30,492 bases of DNA from Planctomycetota bacterium (GCA_039190745.1 JBCCXZ010000051.1:1-30492); one strand, 5' to 3'. Counted from the stretch's first letter, positions 20,224 through 30,291 are shown. Made by a program: numbers and translations. Notes: generated by a model from the letters alone, not told the origin.

Positions 20224-22014
20224 TTACCAGAAGTACCAGTACAAGACCGCGGTCAGGAAGACCACCACGCCCCCGAGGAACTTCGCCGAGGGCGAACTCG
20301 AGACGTCCATATCTTCGTTTACGGGCATCTCGATCGGCGTCTTCAGCGGCTTGAGAACGGTCACCAGCGTTAGCGCCGTCAGCACGCAGCCGAACGACAA
20401 CGCCATGCGGTTGAGGAACGACCACTCGGCGACCTGGGCCAGCACGGCGGGGTTGGCGTCGCCCAAGAGTGCTGGGCTGAATTTGAACAACGCGTAGGCG
20501 ATGGGGTTTACCACGAGCCCAATCGTCCCGGCCACACGCGGAGCCGTCGGCACCAGCAGACCGAAGAGGAACACCCCGAGGATGCCGGGCGATATAAAGC
20601 CCTGAAACTCTTGGATATACGAGAAGATGCCGCTGATGACGTCGCCGAGCTGCTGAGCGATCAACAAGGCGATGAGCACGAAGACCACGGTGCAAACACG
20701 GCCTACGAGTACCAGTTCGCCCTGCGATGCTTGCCCCTTCAGCTTGTTGTAGATGTCCATCGAGAAGATGGTCGAAGCGGAGTTGAGCATCGAAGCCAGT
20801 GAGCTCACCACGGCGCCGAAGATCGCCGCGATGACGAACCCGCGGATGCCAACGCCCAGCGGCAGGAGGTTGCGGAGTAGCGTGGGGAACGCCGCGTCGA
20901 AGTCCCTCTTCCGCTCTGGGGGGTTCTCATCAGTAGAGTTCCCTGTTTCGGGCGCCCCCGACGCCTCCGCGGCCACTTCCTTCGCAGGCTCATAGAGCTG
21001 GTCGCCATAGAGGTTGTAGGCCAGGATGCCCGGCACGACGACGATGAACGGGATCAGCAGCTTCAGGAACGCGGCGAACACGATGCCCTTCTGCCCCTCG
21101 GCCAACGACTTTGAGCCGAGCGTCCGCTGCGTGATGTACTGGTTTAGTCCCCAGTAGAAGAAGTTCGGGATCCACAAACCAACCAGCAGCGCCGACCACG
21201 GGATCTCGGCATCGTCCAGCGGCCGGACCATGTGCAGCTTGCCCTCGGGCACAGGGGCCGTGTTGAGCGAGAAGAACCGCTTCAGTCCGCCCTCTCCCGC
21301 GAGCTGCTCGGCGGTGACCTCAGGGTTCCGCGATGTCTTGACCAGCTCCTGTGGGTCGGCATTGGCCAGCGTGGTGATGGCGAGGTAGGTGACGATGCCG
21401 CCTGCGACGATAAGTGCAGCTCCCTGCACCAAGTCGGCCCACGCGCACGCCTTCAACCCGCCGGCGAAGACGTACATCGCCGCGAGCACGCCGATGATCC
21501 AGCACCCGACGACAATATTGCCCAGGTCGAGCCCGAACAGCACCTCGCCTTGAAAGAACACGCAGATCACCTTCGCGCCGGCGTAGATCACCGAAGCGGT
21601 CGGCACGCCGACCAGGATGATGAGCGTGCTGACCGCCATGATCGCCCGGGCGAAGGCGTTGTAGCGGTACTCGAGGTACTCGGGGATCGTGTAGATGCCG
21701 CTCTTGAGGAACTTCGGCAAGAACACGAAGGCCACGAAGATGAGCGTCACCGCGGCCATCCATTCGTAGCTGGCGATCGCCATGCCGAGCCAATCGGCCG
21801 CCTTGCCGCTCATGCCGACAAACTGCTCGGTCGAGATGTTCGCGGCGATGAGCGAAAAGCCCACGAGCCACCAGGTAAGCCCGCGGCCCGCGAGGAAGTA
21901 GTCTTGGGCGTCTAGCTCGCCTTTGTCCTCACCACCGCCAGAGCTCTTGATGAGGCCGATGCTGATGACGGACACGATAAACAAGACAAAAACGAGAAGA
22001 TCGACAACGCCCAT
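20224..22014 (-). CDS. Sodium:solute symporter (SSS), vSGLT-like sugar transporter
   Basis: DYFLAGRGLTWWLVGFSLIAANISTEQFVGMSG, AIASYEWMAA, YTIPEYLEYRY, YWGLNQYITQRTLG and SSLASMLNSASTIFSMDIY. Lies directly upstream of galK. Confidence 0.94.
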   Translation of the reverse strand: MGVVDLLVFVLFIVSVISIGLIKSSGGGEDKGELDAQDYFLAGRGLTWWLVGFSLIAANISTEQFVGMSGKAADWLGMAIASYEWMAAVTLIFVAFVFLPKFLKSGIYTIPEYLEYRYNAFARAIMAVSTLIILVGVPTASVIYAGAKVICVFFQGEVLFGLDLGNIVVGCWIIGVLAAMYVFAGGLKACAWADLVQGAALIVAGGIVTYLAITTLANADPQELVKTSRNPEVTAEQLAGEGGLKRFFSLNTAPVPEGKLHMVRPLDDAEIPWSALLVGLWIPNFFYWGLNQYITQRTLGSKSLAEGQKGIVFAAFLKLLIPFIVVVPGILAYNLYGDQLYEPAKEVAAEASGAPETGNSTDENPPERKRDFDAAFPTLLRNLLPLGVGIRGFVIAAIFGAVVSSLASMLNSASTIFSMDIYNKLKGQASQGELVLVGRVCTVVFVLIALLIAQQLGDVISGIFSYIQEFQGFISPGILGVFLFGLLVPTAPRVAGTIGLVVNPIAYALFKFSPALLGDANPAVLAQVAEWSFLNRMALSFGCVLTALTLVTVLKPLKTPIEMPVNEDMDVSSSPSAKFLGGVVVFLTAVLYWYFW

Positions 22015-22233
22015 GTAGGCTGCACCTCATCCAAGATGTATCAGAGAAGAAGGGTTGTTTCCGGAGCGGCTGCACGAATAACGCACCAAATGCTGGGTTC
22101 GTGCTCGAAGAGTTCTCGGCGCGAGCCCTTCATGGTGCTTCCATCCGCTCGCCCCGATCGACATCCAATCCTACGTATTCTACATAGCCTTGGCCGGATG
22201 TCTCCCGGGCAAGAGTTTAATCGTCCAGCAAAC

Positions 22234-22247
22234 CGGTAACGTTACCG
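22234..22247. promoter_or_regulatory. Perfect 14-bp palindrome, candidate LacI operator for the symporter-galK operon
   Basis: CGGTAACGTTACCG with the central CG typical of LacI-family sites, about 220 bp upstream of the symporter start. Confidence 0.65.
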
Positions 22248-22312
22248 AGCTTCAGGCCCCTCTTGCCGCCCCCCGACTATACGCCGCAAGCTTTGGAGTT
22301 CGCAAAGACCAG

Positions 22313-22386
<74 letters not shown>

Positions 22387-22431
22387 GTAGTTATTTTTTC
22401 TAGGACTTTACGACATGTCAGTTTTTCGTGT

Positions 22432-22463
22432 GCAACTCAAGGCGGCGATCTACGCAACTCAAG
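22432..22463. repeat. 10-bp direct repeat upstream of the tRNA (possible integrase arm-type sites)
   Basis: GCAACTCAAG at 22432-22441 and 22454-22463, period 22 bp. Confidence 0.6.
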
Positions 22464-22484
22464 AGTGCCGGGAACTGCGGTTCC

Positions 22485-22650
22485 CTAGTAGCCGAGTTCC
22501 AGGATACGGAGGTTTCTCTTATGAAGCAAACAGCCAAACGCAACCGTGCTCCTAAGCTCACGCACTCGGCCTCTCGGGGCTTGGGTTAGCGCGCGTCGTA
22601 CCGGAACACCTCCGACAAAGAAGATCAAGCGGTATCGGTTTGACGCAGAC
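22485..22650 (-). pseudogene. Possible degraded N-terminal fragment of a tyrosine integrase
   Basis: NRYRLIFFVGGVPVRRAL...RNLRILELG* resembles, from memory, N-termini of planctomycete phage-type integrases. It lies next to a tRNA. No catalytic domain is present. Confidence 0.35.
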
Positions 22651-23176
22651 AATGAGCACGATGCGAAGCCGCAATACCACCGCTGAGCCGTTGTAGCACG
22701 CACAGCTCCAGCCGGTCCACGTTAGCGTTGGCGAATCCAAACAGGAAGCGGAGGAACGCCCTGTCAAACGCAAGGCCCGCGACCTTCCTAAGTGAGTCGA
22801 AGTCGGCCCAGAACGATCGCTCGCAGAGCAGCCACGAGAACGCTTATGGGGAGCCGCCGAGGATTGGCTTCACGCGCTCCACGCCCAGCGGGTGCAGCTC
22901 GAAGCGCGCCTCGCGTCGCCCATTGGTTTGGTCGGCTAACCCGCCGCCGCAAAGGCTGCCAATCGTCAAGTTGAGTTCTGCATCACCGAAAAACCAGCCG
23001 CTCCCCGAACCGCCACAGCCTCGGCGTCATATCAATGCTCTCGCTCGAGCGTCCCAAAAAGTCTGCAGAGAACCTGTGACGGCGCCGGCCGTTAGAATCA
23101 AGTCCGCCGCCCCGCCGGACGATGGCCGGTAGATGGTGAACCCCGCTCCCCCCGCGAAGGCCCCGCAGAGCGCGCC

Positions 23177-23881
23177 ATGGCGAAGGCCCTCCTCATCCGA
23201 TCCGCGATCGTCTGCACAGCCCTCGCGTTCCCGGTCTGCTCGCACGCCCAAACGCTCGACGACGCCGGCCTCTGGTTCGCCGCCTTCGGCAACGGCAAGC
23301 TCAGCCCGTTCAGCGACAAACCCTCCCGGCTCCGCTGGTGGCTAGACGCCCACTACCGCCTCCGCGACGACACCGACGGCTTCAACCAGAGCATCCTCCG
23401 CCCCGGCCTGGGCTACGAGTTCGCCGAGAACCAAGCCCTCTGGGTCGGCTACGCCTGGATCCGCACCTCGCCAGTTGCCGGCGACGACATCGACGAACAC
23501 CGCTTATGGCAGCAGTGGACGGCCGCGCCCTCGTGGGGAGACTACCGCTTCCTGCACCGCAGCCGGTTCGAGCAGCGCTGGTTCGAAGACGTCAGCGACG
23601 ACGTCGCCCTCCGCTGGCGTCAGCTCTTCCGCACGCAGCGCGTGCTCACCAGCTCCCCCGAGTGGTCGCTCATCGGCTGGGATGAAGCCTTCTTCCACCT
23701 CAACGACACCGACCGCATCCGCTCCGGCTTCGACCAGAACCGCGCGTTCCTCGGCGTCGGCTACCGCCGCAAGGCCGACGCCCCAATCCGCACCGAAATC
23801 GGCTACCTCAACCAGTTCATCAACCTGCAAGGCGGGGTGGACCGGATGAACCACATCCTGTCGGTGAATTTTTTCTTATAG
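23177..23881 (+). CDS. DUF2490 family outer-membrane beta-barrel protein
   Basis: Signal peptide SHA-Q. LRPGLGY, EHRLWQQ, RSRFEQRW, FDQNRAFLGVGY and EIGYLNQ; aromatic C-terminal strand. Confidence 0.88.
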   Translation: MAKALLIRSAIVCTALAFPVCSHAQTLDDAGLWFAAFGNGKLSPFSDKPSRLRWWLDAHYRLRDDTDGFNQSILRPGLGYEFAENQALWVGYAWIRTSPVAGDDIDEHRLWQQWTAAPSWGDYRFLHRSRFEQRWFEDVSDDVALRWRQLFRTQRVLTSSPEWSLIGWDEAFFHLNDTDRIRSGFDQNRAFLGVGYRRKADAPIRTEIGYLNQFINLQGGVDRMNHILSVNFFL

Positions 23882-24108
23882 CTAGGCGCCATGCCCACGC
23901 GAGCGCGGGCATGCCTTCCCTTACTCCACATGCCCGGGCAAGTGTGGCCATGGCGCCAAGAGGATTCAGTCCGACAAAAACACATGCCTGATCAACTGAT
24001 AGAGTGTAAAGGCCAAAGCGATTGCCATCGCCTTGTGGACTGCAGACTGCTTAATCTCTCGCATACTCAGCCCTTGAAAGAGTCTTGAACGCAAGACGAC
24101 TGCCGATT

Positions 24109-25791
24109 CTACCCCTCCGCCAAAACCCGGTGCACAAACTGCACGCAAACCGACCCCTCACCCACCGCCGACGCCACCCGCTTCACGCTCCCGTGACGCA
24201 CGTCGCCTACGGCAAATACCCCAGGCAGGCTCGTCTCGAACGGCTCCGGCGACCGGTCCTCTAGCGGCCAGCGGCCCTGCTCGACCACTGCCGAGTCGGT
24301 GCAGATGAACCCCCGCTCGTCGGTCAGCACCGCGTCGCCCAGCCACGAGGTGTGCGGCGCCGCCCCGATCATCAGGAACAGGTTCGAGATGTCCTTCGCG
24401 GTCGTCTCGCCCGTCTTGCGGTCTTGCCACGTCAGACCCCGCAGCCGGTCTTCGCCGCTCAGGCCGGTGATGCTCGTCTCGCACAGCAGCGAGATCGAAC
24501 GCGACGCGTCGATCCGTTGCACGAGGTAATCCGACATGCTCGCCGCCAATTCCTTGCCGCGCACCAGCATGTACACGTGCCGGGCGATGCCCGAGAGGAA
24601 CACCGCCGCCTGCCCCGCCGAGTTGCCGCCGCCGACCACCACCACCTCCTCGTCGCCGCACAGCCCGCCCTCGATCGCCGTCGCCGCGTAGTGGATCCCT
24701 CGGCCCTCGTAACGCTCGAAGCCATCGACCTTGAGCGTCTGGTACTTCGCCCCGCTGGCGATCACCACCGACCGGCACCGCACCGGGTCGCACTCTTCCA
24801 GGTGCAGCGTGTAGGGCGGGCCGTCGCCCTCAATGCCCGTGACCGTCATCGGCAGCGCCAGTTTGGCCCCGAACTTCTGCGCCTGCAGCTGCGCCCGCCC
24901 GGCGAGCTGCTGGCCCGACAGCCCATTAGGGAACCCCAAGTAATTCTCGATCTTCGAACTCGTGCCCGCCTGCCCGCCGGGGCCGTTTCGGTCGACCACC
25001 ACCGTGTCCAACCCCTCCGAGGCCGCGTACACCGCTGCCGCCAGCCCGCCCGGGCCCGCCCCGATCACGGCGACGTCGTACACCCGCTCGGTATCCGGCC
25101 ACTCGACAATGCCGATCGTCTCCGCCACCGCCAGCGTACACGGCCGCACCAGCGGCTCCTCGCCCGCGCAGAACAACACCGGCGCGTCCGCGTCGCTCAG
25201 CCCGTGCTTGGCGAGCGCCTGCGACGCCTCCGGCCCGTCCTCGAAGTAAACCGCCTTCACCGGATAGCCGTTCCGCCGCACGAACTGCCGGATCCGCAGC
25301 GTGTCGGGGTCCGACTTCCCGCCGATGAGCGTCGACGCACCCAGGTTCTGCTCCAACAGGCCCAGCCGACGCAGGATGAACGCGTGCAGCACCACGTCGC
25401 CGATGTCCGGCTCGGCGGAGAGCATCTCGCGGAACCGTTTGCGGCCCACCCGCACCACGCGCCCGTCGCCGCCCATCCGCCCGCCGACCAGAATCTTCCG
25501 GTCGCTGAACAGGTCGATCTCGCCGGTGAACTGCCGCTCGCGGTGCACCGTGAACACGTGCGTCGTGCCGTCGCAATCGTGGTCGTAGATCTCGATGCAG
25601 CCCTCGATGAGCACGAAGAAGTCGACCGTCCGGTCGCCGCGCTCGAACAGCACATCGCCGCAGCAGACGTCCTCGGTCTCGCCGAACTGCTGAACGCGCT
25701 CGATCTGCTCGTCGGTCAGCGTGGGGAACGCCTCGTCCGTGCGGCCCCGCGGGGCCGCTCCGGAGTTATCGATCGGTACGCTTCCGCTCAT
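24109..25791 (-). CDS. Cyclic-nucleotide-binding domain fused to a thioredoxin-reductase-like FAD-dependent oxidoreductase
   Basis: Start ATG 25791 after AGGAG. cNMP domain (LFERGD..DFFVLIEG..FTGE). GAGPGG, GGQAGTSSKIENYLGFP, GGGNSA and GVFAVGDVR..KRVASAVGEG. Confidence 0.92.
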   Translation of the reverse strand: MSGSVPIDNSGAAPRGRTDEAFPTLTDEQIERVQQFGETEDVCCGDVLFERGDRTVDFFVLIEGCIEIYDHDCDGTTHVFTVHRERQFTGEIDLFSDRKILVGGRMGGDGRVVRVGRKRFREMLSAEPDIGDVVLHAFILRRLGLLEQNLGASTLIGGKSDPDTLRIRQFVRRNGYPVKAVYFEDGPEASQALAKHGLSDADAPVLFCAGEEPLVRPCTLAVAETIGIVEWPDTERVYDVAVIGAGPGGLAAAVYAASEGLDTVVVDRNGPGGQAGTSSKIENYLGFPNGLSGQQLAGRAQLQAQKFGAKLALPMTVTGIEGDGPPYTLHLEECDPVRCRSVVIASGAKYQTLKVDGFERYEGRGIHYAATAIEGGLCGDEEVVVVGGGNSAGQAAVFLSGIARHVYMLVRGKELAASMSDYLVQRIDASRSISLLCETSITGLSGEDRLRGLTWQDRKTGETTAKDISNLFLMIGAAPHTSWLGDAVLTDERGFICTDSAVVEQGRWPLEDRSPEPFETSLPGVFAVGDVRHGSVKRVASAVGEGSVCVQFVHRVLAEG

Positions 25792-26252
25792 CAAGGTGCT
25801 CCTTCTGTTTGGCTCAGTTTCCTCGGTTTTGTAGGAGGCCTCTCCGAGGCCGATTCCGGTCAACCAAACGAAGCACGATCCGGGTGATCGGTCTCGCAGC
25901 GCCCTCCAACAACCGCTGGCACGGCGGAGCCGCGAGCAACAAGCGGCCGGCCCCGCTGAGGCAGTGAATCATAACCACTTTCTTGTCGAAAATGGCCACC
26001 TACTTTGCTATACAGGCGTGTAGTTGGGAGCAGTCCGCCGATCCCCGAGTCCGCAACCTGAAAATCCGCATTCTGCAATCAGAAACTCGACACGAATGAA
26101 CGTAAACTCGAAATATTAAGTCCGCCTACAACTAGCCGCGACGCTACGCATCCCCGGAAAACCCGCGATCGCCCCGGACAAAACAGACGACTTTTGGCGT
26201 ATCGCCGCGTGTTCCCGATTCCACGCCAAAAGACAGAAGTCGCGGCAAGATT

Positions 26253-26804
26253 TCAGTTGAGGCTCGGATCCTCCGGGAACCGAGACCGATCGACCCCCGG
26301 CGCCATGATCGAGAAGCCGATCCGGCTCGTGACCTGCCGCCACAGCGACTCCGGATCGCCGAAGGCATCGCCCGGCGCCACCGGCCCCGTGAGCCAACCG
26401 CCCGCTTCGAGTTCCCCCTCAAGCTGCCCGCCGCCCCAGCCCGAGTGGCCCGAGTACAACCGCACCGGGTGCTCCGCCTGGCGGACTAACGCATCGACCG
26501 AGGTGTTCTGGGTCGAAGCGTACAACCCAACACCGACCACCTGATCCGCGAGGTTCTCGTCCGTGTGCACCGCAATGATCGGACCCGGCACGGGCCCGCC
26601 CACATACACCGGATCGGCCCGCTCGACCGGGTCGAAATCGATCATGTCCCAAACCTGCTCGACGGTCTTCTCGCCGGGCCGGTTGAGCACCACGCCCAAC
26701 GCGCCGTCCTCGGTGTGCTGGATCATCAGCACCACCGTGCGGTGAAAGTTGGGGTCCCGCAACTGCGGCGACGCGACGAGCAACCGACCGGTTAGAGAAT
26801 CCAT
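26253..26804 (-). CDS. YqgE/AlgH (DUF179) family protein
   Basis: Start ATG 26804. GRLLVASPQLRDPNFHRTVVL, GVVLNRP, YVGGPV and GHSGWGGGQLEGEL..GGW. Confidence 0.93.
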   Translation of the reverse strand: MDSLTGRLLVASPQLRDPNFHRTVVLMIQHTEDGALGVVLNRPGEKTVEQVWDMIDFDPVERADPVYVGGPVPGPIIAVHTDENLADQVVGVGLYASTQNTSVDALVRQAEHPVRLYSGHSGWGGGQLEGELEAGGWLTGPVAPGDAFGDPESLWRQVTSRIGFSIMAPGVDRSRFPEDPSLN

Positions 26805-26822
26805 CGCACACCCCAAAGAGGA

Positions 26823-28355
26823 CTAGCCTTGCTGCCCGCCGTGACGCTGCTCAGTAATCTGGATCGCCGCCAGCAGGCCCCGCGCCTTGCTGAGGGTCTC
26901 CTGGTACTCCGTCTCGGGGACGCTGTCCGCCACGATCCCGGCGCCCGCCTGTACGTGGGCCACTCCGTCCTGCACCACAATGGTCCGCAACGCGATGCAG
27001 GTATCCATGTTGCCCGCGAAATCAATATACCCCACCGCCCCCGCGTAAGGCCCCCGGCGGGTCGGCTCAAACTCGTCGATAATCTCCATCGCCCGCACCT
27101 TCGGCGCGCCCGACACCGTCCCCGCCGGCAGGCAAGCCGCCAACGCATCGAAAGCGTCGCAGCCCTCGCGCAGACGCCCGGTGACGTTCGACGTGATGTG
27201 CATCACGTGGCTGTACCGTTCGATCACCATCACATCCGAGAGCTCCACCGTCCCGTACTGCGCCACGCGGCCCACGTCGTTGCGGCCCAGGTCGACCAGC
27301 ATCACGTGCTCCGCACGCTCCTTGGGATCGGCAAGCAGTTCGTCGGCCAGGCGTTGGTCCTCTTCGTCGGTCGCGCCGCGGCGGCGAGTCCCGGCAAGCG
27401 GCCGGACCGTCACCTCCCGGTCGACCACACGCACCATGATCTCCGGCGAGCTGCCCACCAGCGTCGACGACGGCGTACGCACGTAGAACATGAAGGGGCT
27501 CGGGTTCACGACCCTCAAGGAGCGGTACAGCTCGAACGGCGGCGACGAAAGCTCCGTCGTCAGTCGCTGGCTCACCACCACCTGAAAGATGTCGCCCGCT
27601 TTGATGTACTCGACGCAATCCCGCACGACTTGTTCGAACTGAGGCTTCTCGAAGTTCGACCGGTAATCGACCGACACCTCCGCGGCGGGGGCGATGTCGC
27701 CCACGACCACCGGCGCCTCGGTGCGCGTCAGCCGCTCGACCAAGCCGTCCAACCGCTTGGCAGCCCCCTCGTAGGCGGCCGGCAGAGCATCCCCGGCCAA
27801 GCCGCCAACCGGCGCCAAGACGATCACCAACACCGTCTTCTGCACGTGGTCGAACACCACCATATGATCGTAGAGGCCGAAATAGAGGTCCGGCAGCCCG
27901 CGGTCATCCTCAGGCGGGTGCGGCAGGTTCTCCACATAGCGGACCGTATCGTAACCCGCGTAACCGACGGCCCCGCCGATGAACGGCGGCAACTCTTGCA
28001 AGTGCGCCACGGCAACCGCTTGGATGCGTTCCCGCAAGACATTCAGCGGGTTGTCAGTATCGACGCTGGTCGATCGCCACTCGCCGGCGTCGTCCCGGCT
28101 CAAAACGCGGCAGTCGAGTCCGTGGGCTTCGACTTGCAGAATCGGCTCGCTGGCGAGGAAGCTGTACCGCCCCACCTTCTCACCGCCAATCACACTCTCG
28201 AACAAGCAAGCCGAAGCGCCTGCATCAAGATTCCGAAAGGCCTGCACCGGGGTCAGGCTGTCGCTCAACAATCGGCGGTAGACGGGCACATAGTCGACCC
28301 CTGCCGCCGCCGCGGCGAAGCGGTCCAAGTCGGGAGCGTATCGGTCGAGCTTCAT
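26823..28355 (-). CDS. trpE: Anthranilate synthase component I
   Basis: Start probably ATG 28355. LFES (Trp feedback site), [60 protein letters not shown] and [10 protein letters not shown]. Confidence 0.95.
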   Translation of the reverse strand: MKLDRYAPDLDRFAAAAAGVDYVPVYRRLLSDSLTPVQAFRNLDAGASACLFESVIGGEKVGRYSFLASEPILQVEAHGLDCRVLSRDDAGEWRSTSVDTDNPLNVLRERIQAVAVAHLQELPPFIGGAVGYAGYDTVRYVENLPHPPEDDRGLPDLYFGLYDHMVVFDHVQKTVLVIVLAPVGGLAGDALPAAYEGAAKRLDGLVERLTRTEAPVVVGDIAPAAEVSVDYRSNFEKPQFEQVVRDCVEYIKAGDIFQVVVSQRLTTELSSPPFELYRSLRVVNPSPFMFYVRTPSSTLVGSSPEIMVRVVDREVTVRPLAGTRRRGATDEEDQRLADELLADPKERAEHVMLVDLGRNDVGRVAQYGTVELSDVMVIERYSHVMHITSNVTGRLREGCDAFDALAACLPAGTVSGAPKVRAMEIIDEFEPTRRGPYAGAVGYIDFAGNMDTCIALRTIVVQDGVAHVQAGAGIVADSVPETEYQETLSKARGLLAAIQITEQRHGGQQG

Positions 28356-28479
28356 GATGCTGTCGTAATCAGAGGGTTCACTCAGGGTTGCCAGCTTATC
28401 AACGCGGCTCACGGCTCTCAACGCCCGCCCGCGAACCCGATCTCAATTCCAGGCAATAAGTTACGGCCTTCGGACCGCC

Positions 28480-28507
28480 TTGACACTCACCCCACCCGCC
28501 ATAGAAT
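28480..28507 (+). promoter_or_regulatory. Sigma70-type promoter of mcsA-mcsB
   Basis: TTGACA (28480-28485), 16-bp spacer, TAGAAT (28502-28507). Confidence 0.7.
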
Positions 28508-28553
28508 CCGATGGGCTCGGATCGCAGCCCGTCCTCCGATTGGAGCCACCGCC

Positions 28554-29105
28554 ATGAAGTGCCAGAAGTGCGAAAAACAAGCGACTTTCCACATCACCGA
28601 TTTGGTGGATGGTCAGCCAAGCGAAGTGCATCTCTGCGAGAGCTGCGCCCAATCCTTCCTGGCGCCGGTCGACGACGATCAAGCCGACGTGATGCCCGAG
28701 ATGTCCGGCGTGCTCGCTCAGCACCTCGCGGTTGGAGAAACGGCCGATGAGCTCGCCCGGCTCGACCAGCGGAGCTGTCCCGTCTGCGGGATCACCTTCC
28801 TCGAGTTCCGGAAGCAGGGCCGCCTCGGCTGCCCTCACGACTATGTATTCTTCGCGAACGAGCTGGAACCGCTGCTGGTCAACATCCACGACGAGACCCA
28901 TCATGTCGGGAAAGTCCCCCTGAGGTGCCCCAGCGGTGCCGACCAGCAAACGCAACTCATCCGGCTGCGTCGAGAGATGAAGGAAGCCGTGTCCAACGAG
29001 CAGTACGAGCGTGCCTCCGAACTCCGCGACGAAATCAAAGCCATCGAGTCCTCCGCAGCGGGTGAGTCTTCCGGAAGCCGGGAGCTCGGGGACAGCGATT
29101 CCTAA
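28554..29105 (+). CDS. mcsA: McsA protein-arginine kinase activator (CxxC motifs plus UvrB/C coil)
   Basis: Real start ATG 28554 after GGAG. MKCQKC, HLCESC, CPVCG, GRLGCPHDY, HVGKVP and EQYERASELRDEI. Confidence 0.93.
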   Translation: MKCQKCEKQATFHITDLVDGQPSEVHLCESCAQSFLAPVDDDQADVMPEMSGVLAQHLAVGETADELARLDQRSCPVCGITFLEFRKQGRLGCPHDYVFFANELEPLLVNIHDETHHVGKVPLRCPSGADQQTQLIRLRREMKEAVSNEQYERASELRDEIKAIESSAAGESSGSRELGDSDS

Positions 29106-29185
29106 CGACGCATAGTCAACTCTCGATTCACCGGACGGCAGAACCTCTGACCATTCGGAACCACAACTCCTACCCCGTCCGATAG

Positions 29186-30271
29186 ATGTCACTCGACGAC
29201 CTCGCAAGTAAGAGCGGTGAATGGCTCAAAGGTTCGGGGCCGGATTCCGACATCGTCATCAGCAGCCGCGTTCGGCTGGCACGCAATCTCGCCGACTTCC
29301 CCTTCGTCTCGCGTGCTTCAGACTCGGACCGTGCCGACATTGAGAAGATCCTGCATGAGCGGATCGTTTCGCTCCAACAATCAGACCGCTTGCCTACCGA
29401 TTCGATGTACATCGAAATCAACGGGCTGTCGCCCATCGACCGGATGTTCCTCGTTGAGAGGCAACTGATCAGCCGCGAGCACGCCGAGAGCGAAGGAGCC
29501 CGGGCGGTCATGATCGACGTCTCTGAGCGTTTCAGCGTCATGATCAACGAGGAAGACCACCTCCGGATCCAAGTCATGAAAAGCGGCTTGAACCTCGAGT
29601 CGGCACTGGAGCACAGCAACCGGCTCGACGACCTGATCGAGGAGACGGTTACGCTCGCCTTTAACGACCGCTTGGGCTACCTAACCGCCTGCCCAACTAA
29701 TGTGGGAACGGGCCTACGCGTGAGCGTGATGCTCCACTTGCCGGCCCTAGTTATTACGCGTCAGATCGAGAAGGTGTTTAAGAGCCTGCAGAAAATTAAT
29801 CTCGCCGTTCGTGGGTTGTACGGTGAAGGCTCGCAGGCCATGGGCGACTTCTACCAGATCAGCAACCAAATCACGCTCGGCCTCTCGGAAGAAGAGCTCT
29901 GCAAGAAGATCGCCGATGTCGTTCCCGTGCTGATCGACTACGAGCGGCAGGCCCGAGACTTCCTGATCCGCGAAAGCCAAGAGACGCTGCACGACCGCGT
30001 TAGCAGGGCGTTCGGGATCCTCCGGACGGCACAGACCATCAGTTCCGAAGAGACGATGCACCTGCTCTCCAGTGTCCGGATGGGGATCAACCTCGGGCTC
30101 CTGGGCGACCTGGAAATCCCGACGGTGAACAAGCTCTTCGTCCACACACAGCCGGCACACCTGCAGAAACTCTCTGGGGCCGAGCTCGACACGTCCGACC
30201 GCAACATCGAGCGAGCGAGTTACCTCAGGCGACACTTGAACAGCGACAGCGGCGATGTTTCGCACAACTGA
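29186..30271 (+). CDS. mcsB: McsB protein arginine kinase
   Basis: DIVISSRVRLARN, MINEEDHLRIQ, GYLTACPTNVGTGLR and QISNQITLG; C-terminal QPAHLQ...ERASYLR. Confidence 0.96.
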   Translation: MSLDDLASKSGEWLKGSGPDSDIVISSRVRLARNLADFPFVSRASDSDRADIEKILHERIVSLQQSDRLPTDSMYIEINGLSPIDRMFLVERQLISREHAESEGARAVMIDVSERFSVMINEEDHLRIQVMKSGLNLESALEHSNRLDDLIEETVTLAFNDRLGYLTACPTNVGTGLRVSVMLHLPALVITRQIEKVFKSLQKINLAVRGLYGEGSQAMGDFYQISNQITLGLSEEELCKKIADVVPVLIDYERQARDFLIRESQETLHDRVSRAFGILRTAQTISSEETMHLLSSVRMGINLGLLGDLEIPTVNKLFVHTQPAHLQKLSGAELDTSDRNIERASYLRRHLNSDSGDVSHN

Positions 30272-30291
30272 AAGCTACGCGGCGGCGGGCG

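Noticed and set aside
22626..23030. Minus-strand frame with one internal stop (ELHPLGVERVKPILGGSP*AFSWLL...) and the opposing 22728-23132 ORF
   Set aside because: Might be a pseudogene, but I cannot recognise any family; a tBLASTn/BLASTx search is needed.
24352..25887. 511-aa plus-strand ORF
   Set aside because: Antisense to the cNMP-TrxR gene, with an Arg/His-rich shadow composition.
26829..29105. 758-aa plus-strand ORF
   Set aside because: The first ~575 aa are an antisense shadow of trpE plus intergenic DNA. Only 28554-29105 (McsA), with its own promoter and RBS, is real.
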